A DNA stretch of 58,664 nt, filler included, from Sphacelaria rigidula (lineage: Eukaryota), in assembly GCA_964200075.2 (NCBI GenBank). It is 10 parts of 10 records of this genome, joined end to end, with 100 filler letters (N's around TTAATTAATTAA, not from the genome) between each part and the next. Parts side by side here need not be neighbours in the genome. Positions count along the whole stretch, not along the records: positions 1 to 5,777 come from CAXNAA020024548.1; positions 5,878 to 11,654 come from CAXNAA020024549.1; 8 more parts are not named here. The stretch is one strand, 5' to 3'. A model generated the notes under the pieces. The model did not search any database. It worked only from the letters and a program-made list of their open reading frames with translations, and was not told where the DNA came from. Positions 1 to 11,189 of the stretch are shown here, one piece after another (the stretch's first letter is position 1; every line of letters begins with the position of its first letter). The translations under genes and the position numbers were made by a program.

Positions 1-401
1 GCATCCCCGTTTGCAGATTTATTCGGGATAATATCCCCAGCACATTGGAATAGTAATCCTGGCGTACTCTATTATATAGTATGCGAAAATCCCCCGAAAA
101 TAAGTCATCCACGGGAAATGCTGGACTGAGGTCTGTGCAATATAGGGGGGGAGACGATCTCGATCGTTATTCTGAAGAATTATTTACATATATATGTATT
201 CATTCATTTGAACATTTACCGTTTCGTTGCGAAAGAGCCGGAAAACTGTTTGTGTTGGACCAAAAACGATCAATAACACTCTCCTGAAAAACGGGGTGCC
301 AAGTTCGTGTTGCCCCCAAAACACCGATTTGGGCACTGTGGTTCGACTGCGGCCTACGCTTTTCCCGCAAGTCTACCGACGCCAGCTAGCACTTTCAAGT
401 A

Positions 402-491
402 TGTGACGGTTTAAGAGACAACCAACTAGACTACTGACAAGTCAGCGCTGACTTGTCAGTAGTCTAGTTGGTTGTCTCTTAAACCGTCACA
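402..491. mobile_element. Perfect 90-bp palindrome (zero loop) with TGT...ACA ends and 4-bp flanking direct repeat AGTA; probable miniature foldback transposon
   Basis: 402-446 is the exact reverse complement of 447-491 (centre AGC|GCT). AGTA occurs at 398-401 and at 492-495. Confidence 0.7.
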
Positions 492-960
492 AGTACTATG
501 ATGAAGAAAAGTACGCGAGGAAAGCTCCAAAATTATTATAACAAATACGAATTCCACATAATATTACGTGGCTGATTTCCTCCTTTTTTTTCATAAGAAG
601 TTGATCGACCGTTTGTTATTGAAAATGCAAGTTGGGCCAACAACAAGACTGTGACAAACGGAGAACGCAAAGTTACTCTGGAACGGTCTCAACGAGTAGA
701 CCAGGTCATTTCAAGGTGTCAGCATCATCAGCCCAGCCCTCTTTGCGGGGGAAAAACGACGGAGAAGGCTGGTCAAAAAGGCACTTAAAAAAAAAATAAC
801 ATTTTTTGAATACCTGTACAGTACATGAGAAGTGGTCTGCGTGCAGGCGAAGATACCATGCATTTTCAAGGATCTATATACTTTATGACCAATATCATGT
901 TAATTCATGTCGTACTACGAGGATGCGCGGGTATTTCTTGACGTTTATTTGGTCCGCCTT

Positions 961-1327
961 CTCTCTCTCTGTGTGTTTGACATCCCATCTGTTCTCTGCC
1001 CCAGTCTACACCCTTTTTCGGTATATGTGGGCGCATCGACCGGGGTTACACAGGAGGAAGGCCAGCACAGGAGCTTTCACTTTTGTTTTGTTTTAGTACT
1101 CCACCTTCCTATTCTGCGGTGCTTGACTTATTTTTATCGCGAGAGGGGATCAGCGGTCCCTTCCCCTCGTTGACCGTGAATTCGAATTTTGTGTACCCAC
1201 GACGTGGTCGCTGTCCACCGTTGGGCATGGTGCGAGAAACATCCCCAGATTTTGTGACTTCATCGGAATTCGAACCCACGACCCAGCCGTGAGAACGTTT
1301 CGAGGTCGCCGAATGAGCCATCGGTGC
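961..1327 (-). mobile_element. tRNA-derived SINE, family 1, apparently full length
   Basis: Minus strand starts GCACCGA-TGGCTCATTCGG (A-box-like), then GGTTCGAATTCC (B-box-like), and ends in a CA/GA simple-repeat tail. The body recurs at 6330-6616, 10620-10840, 23287-23408, 26577-28058 and 56030-56135. Confidence 0.8.
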
Positions 1328-1576
1328 TACCGCCGGTGTTCAAGAAAAGATACGCGAATGGAGGATGTTTCCGGGCGTTTTTTGCGCGGGGCAATCATAT
1401 CATCGGCCACAGGAGCTTGAGAAGACTTCTCGCATACGTTTCAAAAAATAAAAATAAAAACTTCTATTCAAGACATCGCACCCACCTGCCGCACGATCCT
1501 CATTATATTTACAAGCAGCTGCGGTCGCACGGTACCGTAGGGTGAAGCAGTACGAACTCTTTCGCGAGCTCTCAGG

Positions 1577-2580
1577 ATGACCACCACCAGCACTGGCCAG
1601 CGTGCCGCTCTGCTGTGCGTACTGTCGCTTTTCTTGGGCGGCACGACAGTAGTTGCGCATGATTCGAACACAACACGAGGTGCATGCTACTTCGATGAGA
1701 CGGAGAAACAGGCAACCGTCGCTGAGGGCCCGGCGGCTGGTTGCTTCACCGAATCAAATGAGTATCAATCTAGTGGTAGAAACATTTACACGAGCGACGG
1801 CGGGGACGTGACTTTTGGAAGCACATATGTCATGCTGGGAAACCACGTGAGTGCACTTCTGCAATTGGGATTTCGTTTGTCCGGTGGCTTTGTCTCGTTG
1901 CATGTTTTTTTTGTAACTACGAAGCGGATGACACCCGCCTCTGTGTACGTAACCGTTTTCGTAGCTCAGGGCCCTCAGCTAATACCTCATGATGTCCTGA
2001 TGTCCTGATATCTAGGTCGCATGCTCTCTATGTGAGGGCGGTACGCAGGGTTCGACGAACGGGGGGCGGGATAGGGGTTGCGCGAGGCGAGGCAAACTTA
2101 CCCCTGTGCTGCCTAGTACTCTGTGAGACACGCGTCCTGGTACTAGCAAAAAGCCGCGTTTCTGTTCCGGATACGACGCTCAAACGTCTTATCGGTGTGC
2201 ATGTTTCATGGTTCTTGCTCAACGTATCCGTCATCCCTCCGACATTATCAGCAGGGGTGGACGGTGGTCCGTTTTGCTCTACTCACTTGTCGTACTCCCG
2301 GTGACTTTGCTGGACACACTCGGGCTGGGTCCCGAACAGTAGTGACGCGGAGAGGCTCCAGCACTGTCGTGCTCTCTTCATATTTTGCAGACAACGTTAC
2401 CCTATATCTTTACCGTTTGGGTGTCATGTCAACAGGATACCAGCGCCGTTTCTGGGGTGTCGTGGGGTATCGGGATAGCCGCCCAAGACGTATTTGGAGT
2501 GTTCATCAGAGACTTTGTGTGCAAGGGCGACAGCGAGTGGACGGAGAATGTCAAGCCGTGGTTTGTGGAACACTGGATAT
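1577..2580 (+). CDS. Putative secreted protein of unknown function, first two exons (3'-partial)
   Basis: Exon 1577-1846 begins MTTTSTGQRAALLCVLSLFLGGTTVVA (signal-peptide-like) and ends at a phase-0 GTGAGT donor. Exon 2436-2580 follows a CAG acceptor, reads DTSAVSGVSWGIGIAAQDVFGVFIRDFVCKGDSEWTENVKPWFVEHWI and ends at a GTGAGT donor. Phases are compatible; no family recognised. Confidence 0.65.
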
Positions 2581-4596
2581 GTGAGTGTGGTGCTCTGCCG
2601 TGTCGTGCCGTAGTGTCTGAATTTCACCCTGCTGCACAGTTATCATTTCGCTGTCTGTGCAATTTGAACGTGTTTTACCTTCTCACTCAAGAGCCCCGAA
2701 ACGCATGTTTTAGCTCACGTACACAGACCACACTGCTGTCATGAAACGAAAACACTCACAAATGTTGTTGATGTTGCTGTTAATTTTATGGTTGTTTCAT
2801 TTTGATGACGGCTATGTGTTGACTGTAGAAAGTGGCGCAATGCGTTGCTGTGTGTTGTTCCATTGTGTACTTGAAAGCTGCCATCAGGATTTACTACATG
2901 TGTGCACATGATCCGCGGTGAAGACAGCACTTTTCCCCAAGAGTAACGAAATGGCCCATGTTCATCCCGAAAGGTATAGCAGCAAAAGAACCGCTCCTCA
3001 TATTTGCCATCAACGACGCTTGAAGAGAGGGCTCCCAACTCCCAGTGGCCCTGTTGATATGAAGCGCCAGCCTACTGCGTCATGTAGCAACGTGCAACAT
3101 GATGCAACGTCAGTACGATGCGTTCCCACGACACACGGTTTTGATGCGGCAGCACATACATGCGTAGGAATATTTTCAGCTCAAACCGACACATCCGAGT
3201 GAGGCCATGAAATGCCGCCAAATTCAGTACCGATGGCTTTACTCACACACTGTACTGACTGTATTTATAATGGCAGGTTATGATTTTGGGCAATCATAAC
3301 CTGGTTTGTCGCGACTCTTCTCAGCCCTTTGACGGCGGGTATGAGTCATCCGATGAATCAGCATCAATTTAATTCGAAAAATACTGCATGACCCAACATC
3401 ACCTACCCCGCGGTCGAAAGGGGTTAACCTAAGCTCCCGTCGTCCTATCTGAGAGACGATACCACATCGCCCAATTGTTTTGCGTGGTGCGAACGTCTTG
3501 CGTGGTGTGATGACGAGCTCGAAATACACCGTCATATTACTATTATTACAACTGGGGGTTGACGTGGACACCAAACGTCATGCAAAACTCGCGGCTTTTC
3601 AATCAAACGACAGTGTGGGTCCTGAAATTTTCAAAACGAAAAGGTCTTCATTGATAGTGTACGAAATATATGGTCGTTCTGTGAAAAGGTGCAACTAAAG
3701 GTGGGTAGGTGTGGACACTGAGTGTATCACGAATTATTTTGCGCATTCCTTTTCCCCTTGAGTTCAGCACAATATCTTACCCACAAATTATTCCGTTATA
3801 AAAAACACGAGCCTGAAATTCTTAATCAAGACACTTTTGACATGTGCTGCGCTCTGTATTTTATTCATCAAAAATGTGCGGTGGAAAACGAAAATTCCAA
3901 TATCGTGATTGACCATTTAGAAACAAGTGACGTAGTCACAGATGACAACCTATCTTGACGAATGGAACCTGATCTTTTGTTTTTCCGCCCCACTTTTCGA
4001 TCGAAAAATGTGTTGCTAATACACACAGCCTTACTTACGTTGCGTTGCTAATACACAGCCTTAATTACGCTGCGAGCTTCGCCTCAAAACATACAGTTTC
4101 ACCGGCTGATAGTCGAGGGACATCCGAGGATTTCCGGGGGGCGGGTGGGAGGGGTGGTTATTATTGACAGGGGAAGGGGCCTCTTCGCTAAACAGCTGAA
4201 AAGCTCATCAAAATCAACCATTTGTGTTCTTGTAAGTTCTACAGGAAAATCCAGACAAGGAAGGCTCGAGAGGACCAGAGTGACCATCGACCATTTATTT
4301 CGAAATGTATGATTCGTCGTATTAAATAATAGACGGTACGATAGAAGAGATGGGCTACCTTGCAGGCTGGCCGCATTCCTCATTTTGGGGATGACAGTTC
4401 AACCATATTATCATGAACGACATGCAACAGACGCTGTGCTTTTACTCTGCTGGTACGTCGTTGTTGCTGGCTGTCTGGGCCCTCATGTGTTGCCAGCATC
4501 ACAACTTCAACTTCACACCTGTAGTGATGTTGTGGAGAACTATTGATAAGCAGAAACATGAGCAGCGTGCAGTGGACGGTGCTGCGTGTTCAGTTG

Positions 4597-5057
4597 AAAT
4601 AGCCAACCATCGAAATTGAGGATGGGGCTTGTCATTGAGGATGAGAACCGGAGGAATGAAATCTTCCTACTGTATCCACACCAAATCTTCGAAATTGGTT
4701 ACGTTCCTTCACCCACTGGAAGTATTGACAAGTACTACATGTCAGACAATTTTGGCTTTCGATAACCGGAATGTTGGGGTCCTAGGTGAAGAACCAACCT
4801 CGAGGGATTTCGGCGATCCGACCGCATCACCTAAAATCTCCCATAAATTGTTCCATCATCTAGGATCCCAACATTTCGGTTATCGAAATCCAAATGAGTA
4901 GGGCGTGTAGCAGTTGTCAATAATAGCTAGCAGTAGTAGGTGAAAGAATGGAACCATATTTCGAAGATTTGGTGTGAATGTGGATACGAACGTTAAATTC
5001 TCAGGTTCTCATCCTCGATGGGAAGCTCCATCCTCAAATTCAATGATCGGCTGTTTC
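4597..5057. mobile_element. Foldback MITE with long imperfect inverted arms
   Basis: The left part (gaaattgaggatgg...cttcgaaattggtt; ttcgataaccggaatgttggggtcctagg) is mirrored on the right (ctaggatcccaacatttcggttatcgaa; aaccatatttcgaag...ccatcctcaaattc). A second copy is at 13585-14035 and a half copy at ~49486-49597. Confidence 0.75.
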
Positions 5058-5777
5058 GAGAGCGATGTCAAGCTGCTGACATTTTTCTTCATGTTTTATC
5101 CGGCGAAGAAATACAGCATACAAACTGAACGCACTCAATTGCAGCGTGAAAGAACATCAGGGGTTCTCCGGGACTATTTTCTTCATAGAAACAAGTGGCG
5201 ACTTCACATAACCCTTTTGGGATTCGCGAACAGCAGTCAATACAAACTCCCATATGCAAGAGCTTTCGTCACCGGGAAAGCGTCACTACTTCTAGTACGA
5301 TGGTGCACGAACCTGTCACGTTAGTACACTCAAACTTGAAGTAGTCCACTGTTTTGGTGAGCTGCATCAACAACAGTACAGTAGTGGTTGCAGAATAAAA
5401 TTTATTAATACTGGATCTATCTTGCCCAAGGAAATGCCATTTTTAAACATCGCCATTTTTCCATCAAAGGTCCCAAAAGGGTTGAAAAACCCAAATATTA
5501 ATTTGGGGCGAGGCTCCTTTTTTATTATTATCGCCGAGCCAAGCACATATCCTAGAACCATTTTTTTACTTTCCGCCGAAGTGCAATGATGAATTTTTCA
5601 GAGCCCAATTCCCTATTTTTCCCGGACTCGTGCTCGTAATGAATGGTCGAATTTTTAAAAGCGAAGTTTTTTTTTGTGCGAACGGGTGGGAACTTGTACG
5701 AACAGTGTTTTCGTGAGATTGAGAGTAGATGACATGATCGAGAGTGGCTTTGATCATTCGCTCTAAGTGAGTCATTT

Positions 5778-5877
5778 NNNNNNNNNNNNNNNNNNNNNNN
5801 NNNNNNNNNNNNNNNNNNNNNTTAATTAATTAANNNNNNNNNNNNNNNNNNNNNNNNNNNNNNNNNNNNNNNNNNNN
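5778..5877. other. Artificial contig linker N44-TTAATTAATTAA-N44 (first of nine)
   Basis: The same 100-bp spacer, with stops in all six frames, is also at 11655-11754, 17532-17631, 23409-23508, 29285-29384, 35161-35260, 41037-41136, 46913-47012 and 52789-52888. Confidence 0.97.
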
Positions 5878-6322
5878 GGTATTTGGGACATCTCATACCC
5901 TACCGATACCGATCCAATCGAATATTTTCAAATGTCACACCTACGATACCTGCGATACCACGGTATTTCGAGATTTCAATACCTGCCGTACCCGCCCAAT
6001 CGGGTATTTTCATACGTCGTACCCACGATACGTGCGATACCACGGTATTTCGAGATACCAATACCTACCGTACCCGCTCAATCAGGTATTTTCATACCTC
6101 ACACCTACGATACCCACGCATACCACGGTATTTCGAGATGTCAGTACCTACCGTACCTGCCCAATCGGGTATATTAATATGTCATACGTACGATACGTAC
6201 GATACCACGGTATTTCGAGATACCAATACCTACCGTACCCGCTCAATCAGGTGTTTTCAAAACTCATACCTACGATACCCACGCATACCACGGTATGGGA
6301 TACCTCGGTAAATACCGGGGTA
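5878..6322. mobile_element. MITE-like element filled with a ~83-bp internal tandem repeat (about 4.3 units)
   Basis: The unit core (g/c)ataccacggtatttcgagat...ccgtacc(c/t)gc(c/t)caatc repeats. The right end cggtaaataccgggg-TA mirrors the contig start ggtattt; the left end is clipped by the contig edge. Confidence 0.7.
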
Positions 6323-6329
6323 TTTTGTT

Positions 6330-6616
6330 TTTCTCACACCATGCCCAACAGTGGAGAGCGACTATGTCGTGGGTACACAAAATTCGACTTAACGGTCGAC
6401 GAGGGAAAGGGGCTGCTGAACCCCTCTCGCGATAACATATAAAGGCAAGCACCGCAGAAGGAAGGGGGGAGTATTAAAAACAAATAAAAAAGAAAAAGCT
6501 CCTATGATGACCTTCCTCCTGTGTGACCCCGGTTGATGCGCCCACATATACCGAAAGATGTAGACTGGTGCCCAGAATATCCGGGACGAAAACACACACA
6601 CACACACACACACACA
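6330..6616 (+). mobile_element. SINE family 1, 5'-truncated copy with (CA)n tail
   Basis: Reverse-complement match to 961-1240; ends gtagactggtgcccagaatatccgggacgaaa(ac)n. Confidence 0.8.
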
Positions 6617-6753
6617 ACGCGCTCGGCACGGTACCTTACCTTCGGCTCCTGTGAAATTTATGCGTAGGTGGTCCATGAAGGGCGTACATGCAGAGTCAAC
6701 AAACGAACAACCAGACTCTGACCGCCGTGTGATACGATTACCCATTGTTTCAG

Positions 6754-9700
6754 GTAAGATCTTACACTGACGCGGAAGATGCGGAGTTCCAACTCGGAGC
6801 AGATCTGGAGGAGCGAGGAGGTACGGCCGAAGAAAGCCTGCTGAGCTGTTCTTGAGGTTCCGCTCTGATTCATGGTCTGGTCCTGCGGGCACCCGCCACC
6901 TATGCGCATCATGTCACTCCCAGATACAGCTCTCCGTGGATACGCCAAACTCCGTGAAAGTCTCTCCACTCGCTTCACCTGATGCCTATTCTGCCTATTG
7001 AGTGTCGCATACTGCAGCGGCAAGAACACCGTCATTTTTTTGTCGCACAATGCCCGTCGCGTATTGTCCGCTCTAAGCGCCGTGAAATGCCCCCCCTCTC
7101 CGTCGGTCAAAAGAGTAAGGCAAGCAACAAATGAGTACGCCCCCCCTCTCCGTCGCGCTGCAGCCGTGTACGTTGTCGGAGCGAACAGTAGCGGGCAGCT
7201 AGGCCTGGGAGACCTGGCGCCACGAGATCGGTTCGTCATTTTGCCGGAAACTAGAGGCGCTGGCGTTTGCTTCGTGGCTGCTGTGAGGCTCTTCTATGTG
7301 ATTGGTCTATTCAATAGGTGAAATCGGTGCCTGAGTGGCACGCGGTGTTGTTGGTTGAAAGCGCATGGAAGAGAAGATTGAGGGGCCTCCTCCAGGACAG
7401 CGCTGGGATTGGGTGTGGGCGGTCAGAAACACTCGTCGCTCCAATTTATTAACTCACCGGGTATATACATATATTATCATATTGAACGACAGCTTTATCG
7501 ACAAGTCGTTGCCGTCTTCTGCTATCTATTTTCTCTTAAATCAGACCATCACCAGTTGGTATCTGACAGATACGTTTACTTTTTCTGTGCGAATCCGCAT
7601 GGCTAGGTACGTGTAGCTGAGGGGGCAACACGAGCTTCGCCTGAGTATAAGCGCCAGTCATGTCGTCCGTTGTACCTTTCCCCCCTGGATACGCCTCCGA
7701 ATGTATGCTGTGAAGGGGTGCGATATTTCGTTCGCGGTTACCGAGGATCACGATGTCCTCTCATGGGGTGGGAAGGGAACCGGAGCGAGCGGGCATCGGG
7801 TAGAAGAGGACTTTTATGGAGAAGACATTCAGGCCTACTTGGAGCCGAAACCTATCCGGGACTTGGTGGGAGAAGAAATCAGCCAGGTACTTACCTCAAC
7901 AGATTGTAGTATGACTCTGATGGTGCACCTTCGGACGGTCCTTGCGCGTGAAAATATTGTACGAAGTCCAAATATTAAGCAGGACAGGGCGTGCTTGGGT
8001 GCTTCGCTGGCTATCACCTCTTCCTTCTTGTCGGATGGGGAATATTCGTCCCTGTTAAAGCAGAGCTTGCTTCTTCCAGTTGCCTAAAACTGGAAAAGTT
8101 GTTGATCCCCGAGCAAACCGTAACTCGTGAGCTTGTTTGAAATTTTACACTCGATTTATATGTATTCCCGTGAGCAGCACTTATCATGCCGAGCATGCCG
8201 AAATTGCACTGGATGTGCTGATTTTTTCTTTATTCTTGGGCTGTGGTCTTGGCGTGGTTCGAAATCGGGATGGATGGTGATTCCCTATGGTCTTTATTGA
8301 TATGGCACTGAGCAGCTTGGTACCAAGCATGTACAAGAATACATTGTATTAGCACGCATAGTCGCCTCTGGATGCCGGACAGTATGACAAACTCCCCTCC
8401 CCTCCCCTCCGTGAGTATTTGTGCAGCAAAGGATATCCGTCGCGTTGACTCTGCTGCGACTATCCGTGTTTCCATGAAATTCAGCATAGAGTATCCACAC
8501 CATAAGCTATGCAACCAGACAGATCAAAGTACAACGTGCATAGTTTGCACCCTGCTTACACCAATCAGGTCCAGATTGGCGCAGGCCATTGCTTGGCAGC
8601 ATCTAGAGGGGGCGACTTGTATGTTTGGGGCAGAGGGGACTGTGGACAGCTGGGGGTTGGGACCTACGAATCCAAGCCAGTACCGATTTTGCATTTGGGC
8701 CTACCACATGGCGCGGAAGTTTCGCAGGTACTTCCCCTCTTTTGTGGTGTGTAAGTCGAGCTATAATGCACACACCGCTTTGGGGGCGTTCAGGCCAACG
8801 TGGTATCTATTGCATTGAGGGATACTCCATAACCCTACATGGCAATCGGGTAGGTGTTCAGAAATAGAGACCAAGTTTGATGTTAGTATCAAAATGGACG
8901 TTTGATTCCATGCAGAATTTGCTCACCATACTTATCTGCTCACCCCGCCACCCTGCGACACACACGCGTGTCACCACCACTACACTGCCCGTCTACGGTA
9001 CGTCACGTACTGTGCCAGGTGGCTGTGGGAGAGAACCACAGCTTGGCTCTTACTCGGGCGGGAGAGCTGTTTTCTTGGGGGCACGGCGATAGGGGGAGAC
9101 TGGGGGTGGGAACGAGTAAGAGGGTCGGGGTGCCGGATTCCGAACGCTTGTATTTTCCTACCCCCATGTTGCTGCACGCCTTCTCGAACGAGGTGGTGCA
9201 ACAGGTGGGGTTGAGCTCTCAACCATCATGGTATTTGGTGTTTTTTGGTGGAAAGCGCAGGTTGAGGGATATATTTAACTTTGTAAGAGCGATACGGGCG
9301 TCTTCGTTATTTCGTCTCTATGGCCTTGCAGACGTCCGGACAGTCGAAACGTATGTGCCGTGCTCCCGAGCTTTCGATATCGTGGGACTTCAGCTGCACG
9401 ATGGGAGACGAACGACCTCGGAGGGACGCAACGTATATCGTTGTCGCTGGTCGTACCTGTATGGCTTGTTGTAGACCCCAGGCCGCGAGGTCCGATGACA
9501 TCGCGCGAGCTATGCTCTACTAGAAACGCTAACGCCGGTTTGCGATACCCACCGACACTAACAAATCCCAGAAAACCACGATACCGGTGCAGTGCATCTT
9601 TTATTGAGCATCACCTCGACAACGGACAGCGGGAATACGGTACCTAGCATGGCCTTGCCTCTTTGTACGGCTTCTTATCTGGAATCCTGGTAGATCTGTC

Positions 9701-11189
9701 GGGGGTTCTGTCGGGGACGTTCTCTGTTCGGTATCTCTGCGTCGGTGTCTCTGCCGGTCTATATGTAGTTTGTTTCTTGAACTTATTTTCCATCTTCAGT
9801 ACCCTTGTGTATGATCCTTCTTCCAGGCGAAGTATCTCTCAGCGAGTATTTCTCGTTCATTGTATCTATCTTGCGCGCCTTACCTGTCACCTGATGAGTA
9901 CGCTTGCATCTGTAGCAGATCAGTTGGCCCGAGACCATCAAGCAATCAATCAATCGCTACAGCTTCGGGGCGAGAAGCACAGGATTGGCGATGCGGCGCT
10001 GAGATATGCACCCTCTGTATGTTCGATTATGAGATACATGCATGGTGAACACGTGTTTCAGCGATACGCACTATTTACGAGGCAGTTGCCATTTTTTGTG
10101 AGCAAATCTTTTGTGCAACACTCACTTAAACAATGCTATTATGTTCAGGTGTCTTGTGGTCCCAGTTTTTGCCTAGCTATCACGGGGTCCAACGCGTGGT
10201 CATGGGGCTCTGGAGAAGGTTATACTCTTGGACATGGTGATACCGCCAACCGAAAAACACCGGTTCCGATTGAAGCCTTCAAGGGCTCCATAGTCTTACA
10301 GGTAAAACAAACGGGAAACTGCCAGGGGGGGGGCGACTGACAGGGGTGGAGGAGCGCAGAGCTCGAGTCCCTGTGCTTGCGGCGTTCAGTGTGATCCTGT
10401 AGACGAGCGTTGATGCAGCACGTGCTGAAAGTCTGTGTCAAATACTTGAGTGAGCGTAAAGAGGAAAGGTTGGTGATCCGTTCCTCGTTGAGCGCGCTCC
10501 CCGCCTTTGCTGGAAGTGTGGGACAGCATGGCTCAGGCAACGTGTTTTGTGAGGGATGTAACGCCTGCAATAAGTACCTTGTGCTTTGCCGGGCTTTACA
10601 CGGGACACACACATACACAAAGGTTGAGTTCACGGTCGACGAGGGAATGAGGATCGCTGAACTCCTCTCGCGATAAAAATCATGGCAAGCGCTGCGAATG
10701 GAAGATGGAGTATTAAAACATAATGAAAACGGGAAAACTCTTGTGTTGGCCTACCTCCTGTGTAGCCCCGGCTGATGCGCCCACATATACCGGAAGGGGT
10801 AGACTGGCGCCCAGAATAGATGGCATGACAGCACATACACATATTTCGGACGTAGTTGTTTGAAATTGGTGCATATGATTTTTCCGGTGGCTAACATCTA
10901 CCGTATTACGTCGACAAGTACAACCTGCATTCCTTAAAGTGGTACCGGGGCTCTGATTGTCGGAAAAAAATAACTCCAAAAGATGGAGTAAACAACACCT
11001 TTGGCACATAGTAAGTGATCCCCCAAGCCCCGTACGTATTTCTCACTGTTTCTACGCCGTGAACGATAATGTTACGTTTTTCATCTCTCTCGGTACTGCT
11101 TCCGCCATTCTCCTTTTATCCAGGTTGAATGCGGTACCTGGCACTGTGCAGCGCTGGTGCTGGTTCCTCCGTGCAAAGATGGGGGATAC
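6754..11189 (+). CDS. RCC1/BLIP-II beta-propeller repeat protein (internal exons; 5'- and 3'-partial)
   Basis: Phase-compatible GT-AG exons 6754-6820, 7164-7282, 7716-7886, 8569-8727, 9019-9204, 10149-10301 and 11124-11189. They encode RCC1 motifs VYVVGANSSGQLGLG, VQIGAGHCLAASRGGDLYVWGRGDCGQLGVG, VAVGENHSLALTRAGELFSWGHGDRGRLGVG, VSCGPSFCLAITGSNAWSWGSGEGYTLGHGD and VECGTWHCAAL. Confidence 0.93.
7085..7152. repeat. Fragment of a dispersed repeat with C/G-run flanks
   Basis: taaggcaagcaacaaatg(agtac) also occurs as the reverse complement at ~46870-46890 and ~53095-53125 on other contigs. Confidence 0.6.
10620..10840 (+). mobile_element. SINE family 1, 5'-truncated copy in an RCC1 intron
   Basis: cacggtcgacgaggga...tgcgcccacatataccg...gtagactggcgcccagaatagatgg followed by a degenerate CA tail. 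Confidence 0.75.

Noticed and set aside
3480..3600. Ankyrin-like peptide LLLQLGVDVDTK
   Set aside because: No TPLH-type motif, no supporting splice sites and no second repeat.
5822..5833. TTAATTAATTAA recurring about every 5.88 kb as a biological periodic motif
   Set aside because: It is always embedded in N runs and is a standard six-frame-stop assembly linker.
5878..6322. CRISPR array or repetitive protein (ORFs 5883-6311, 6032-6442)
   Set aside because: The inter-repeat sequences are homologous, so this is a tandem repeat, and the ORFs are by-products of it.
9282..9890. Solo LTR in an RCC1 intron
   Set aside because: The tgtaag...cttac ends are imperfect, and there is no TSD or second copy.
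1577..11189. Secreted-protein exons as the 5' end of the RCC1 gene
   Set aside because: They lie on different contigs separated by an artificial linker.
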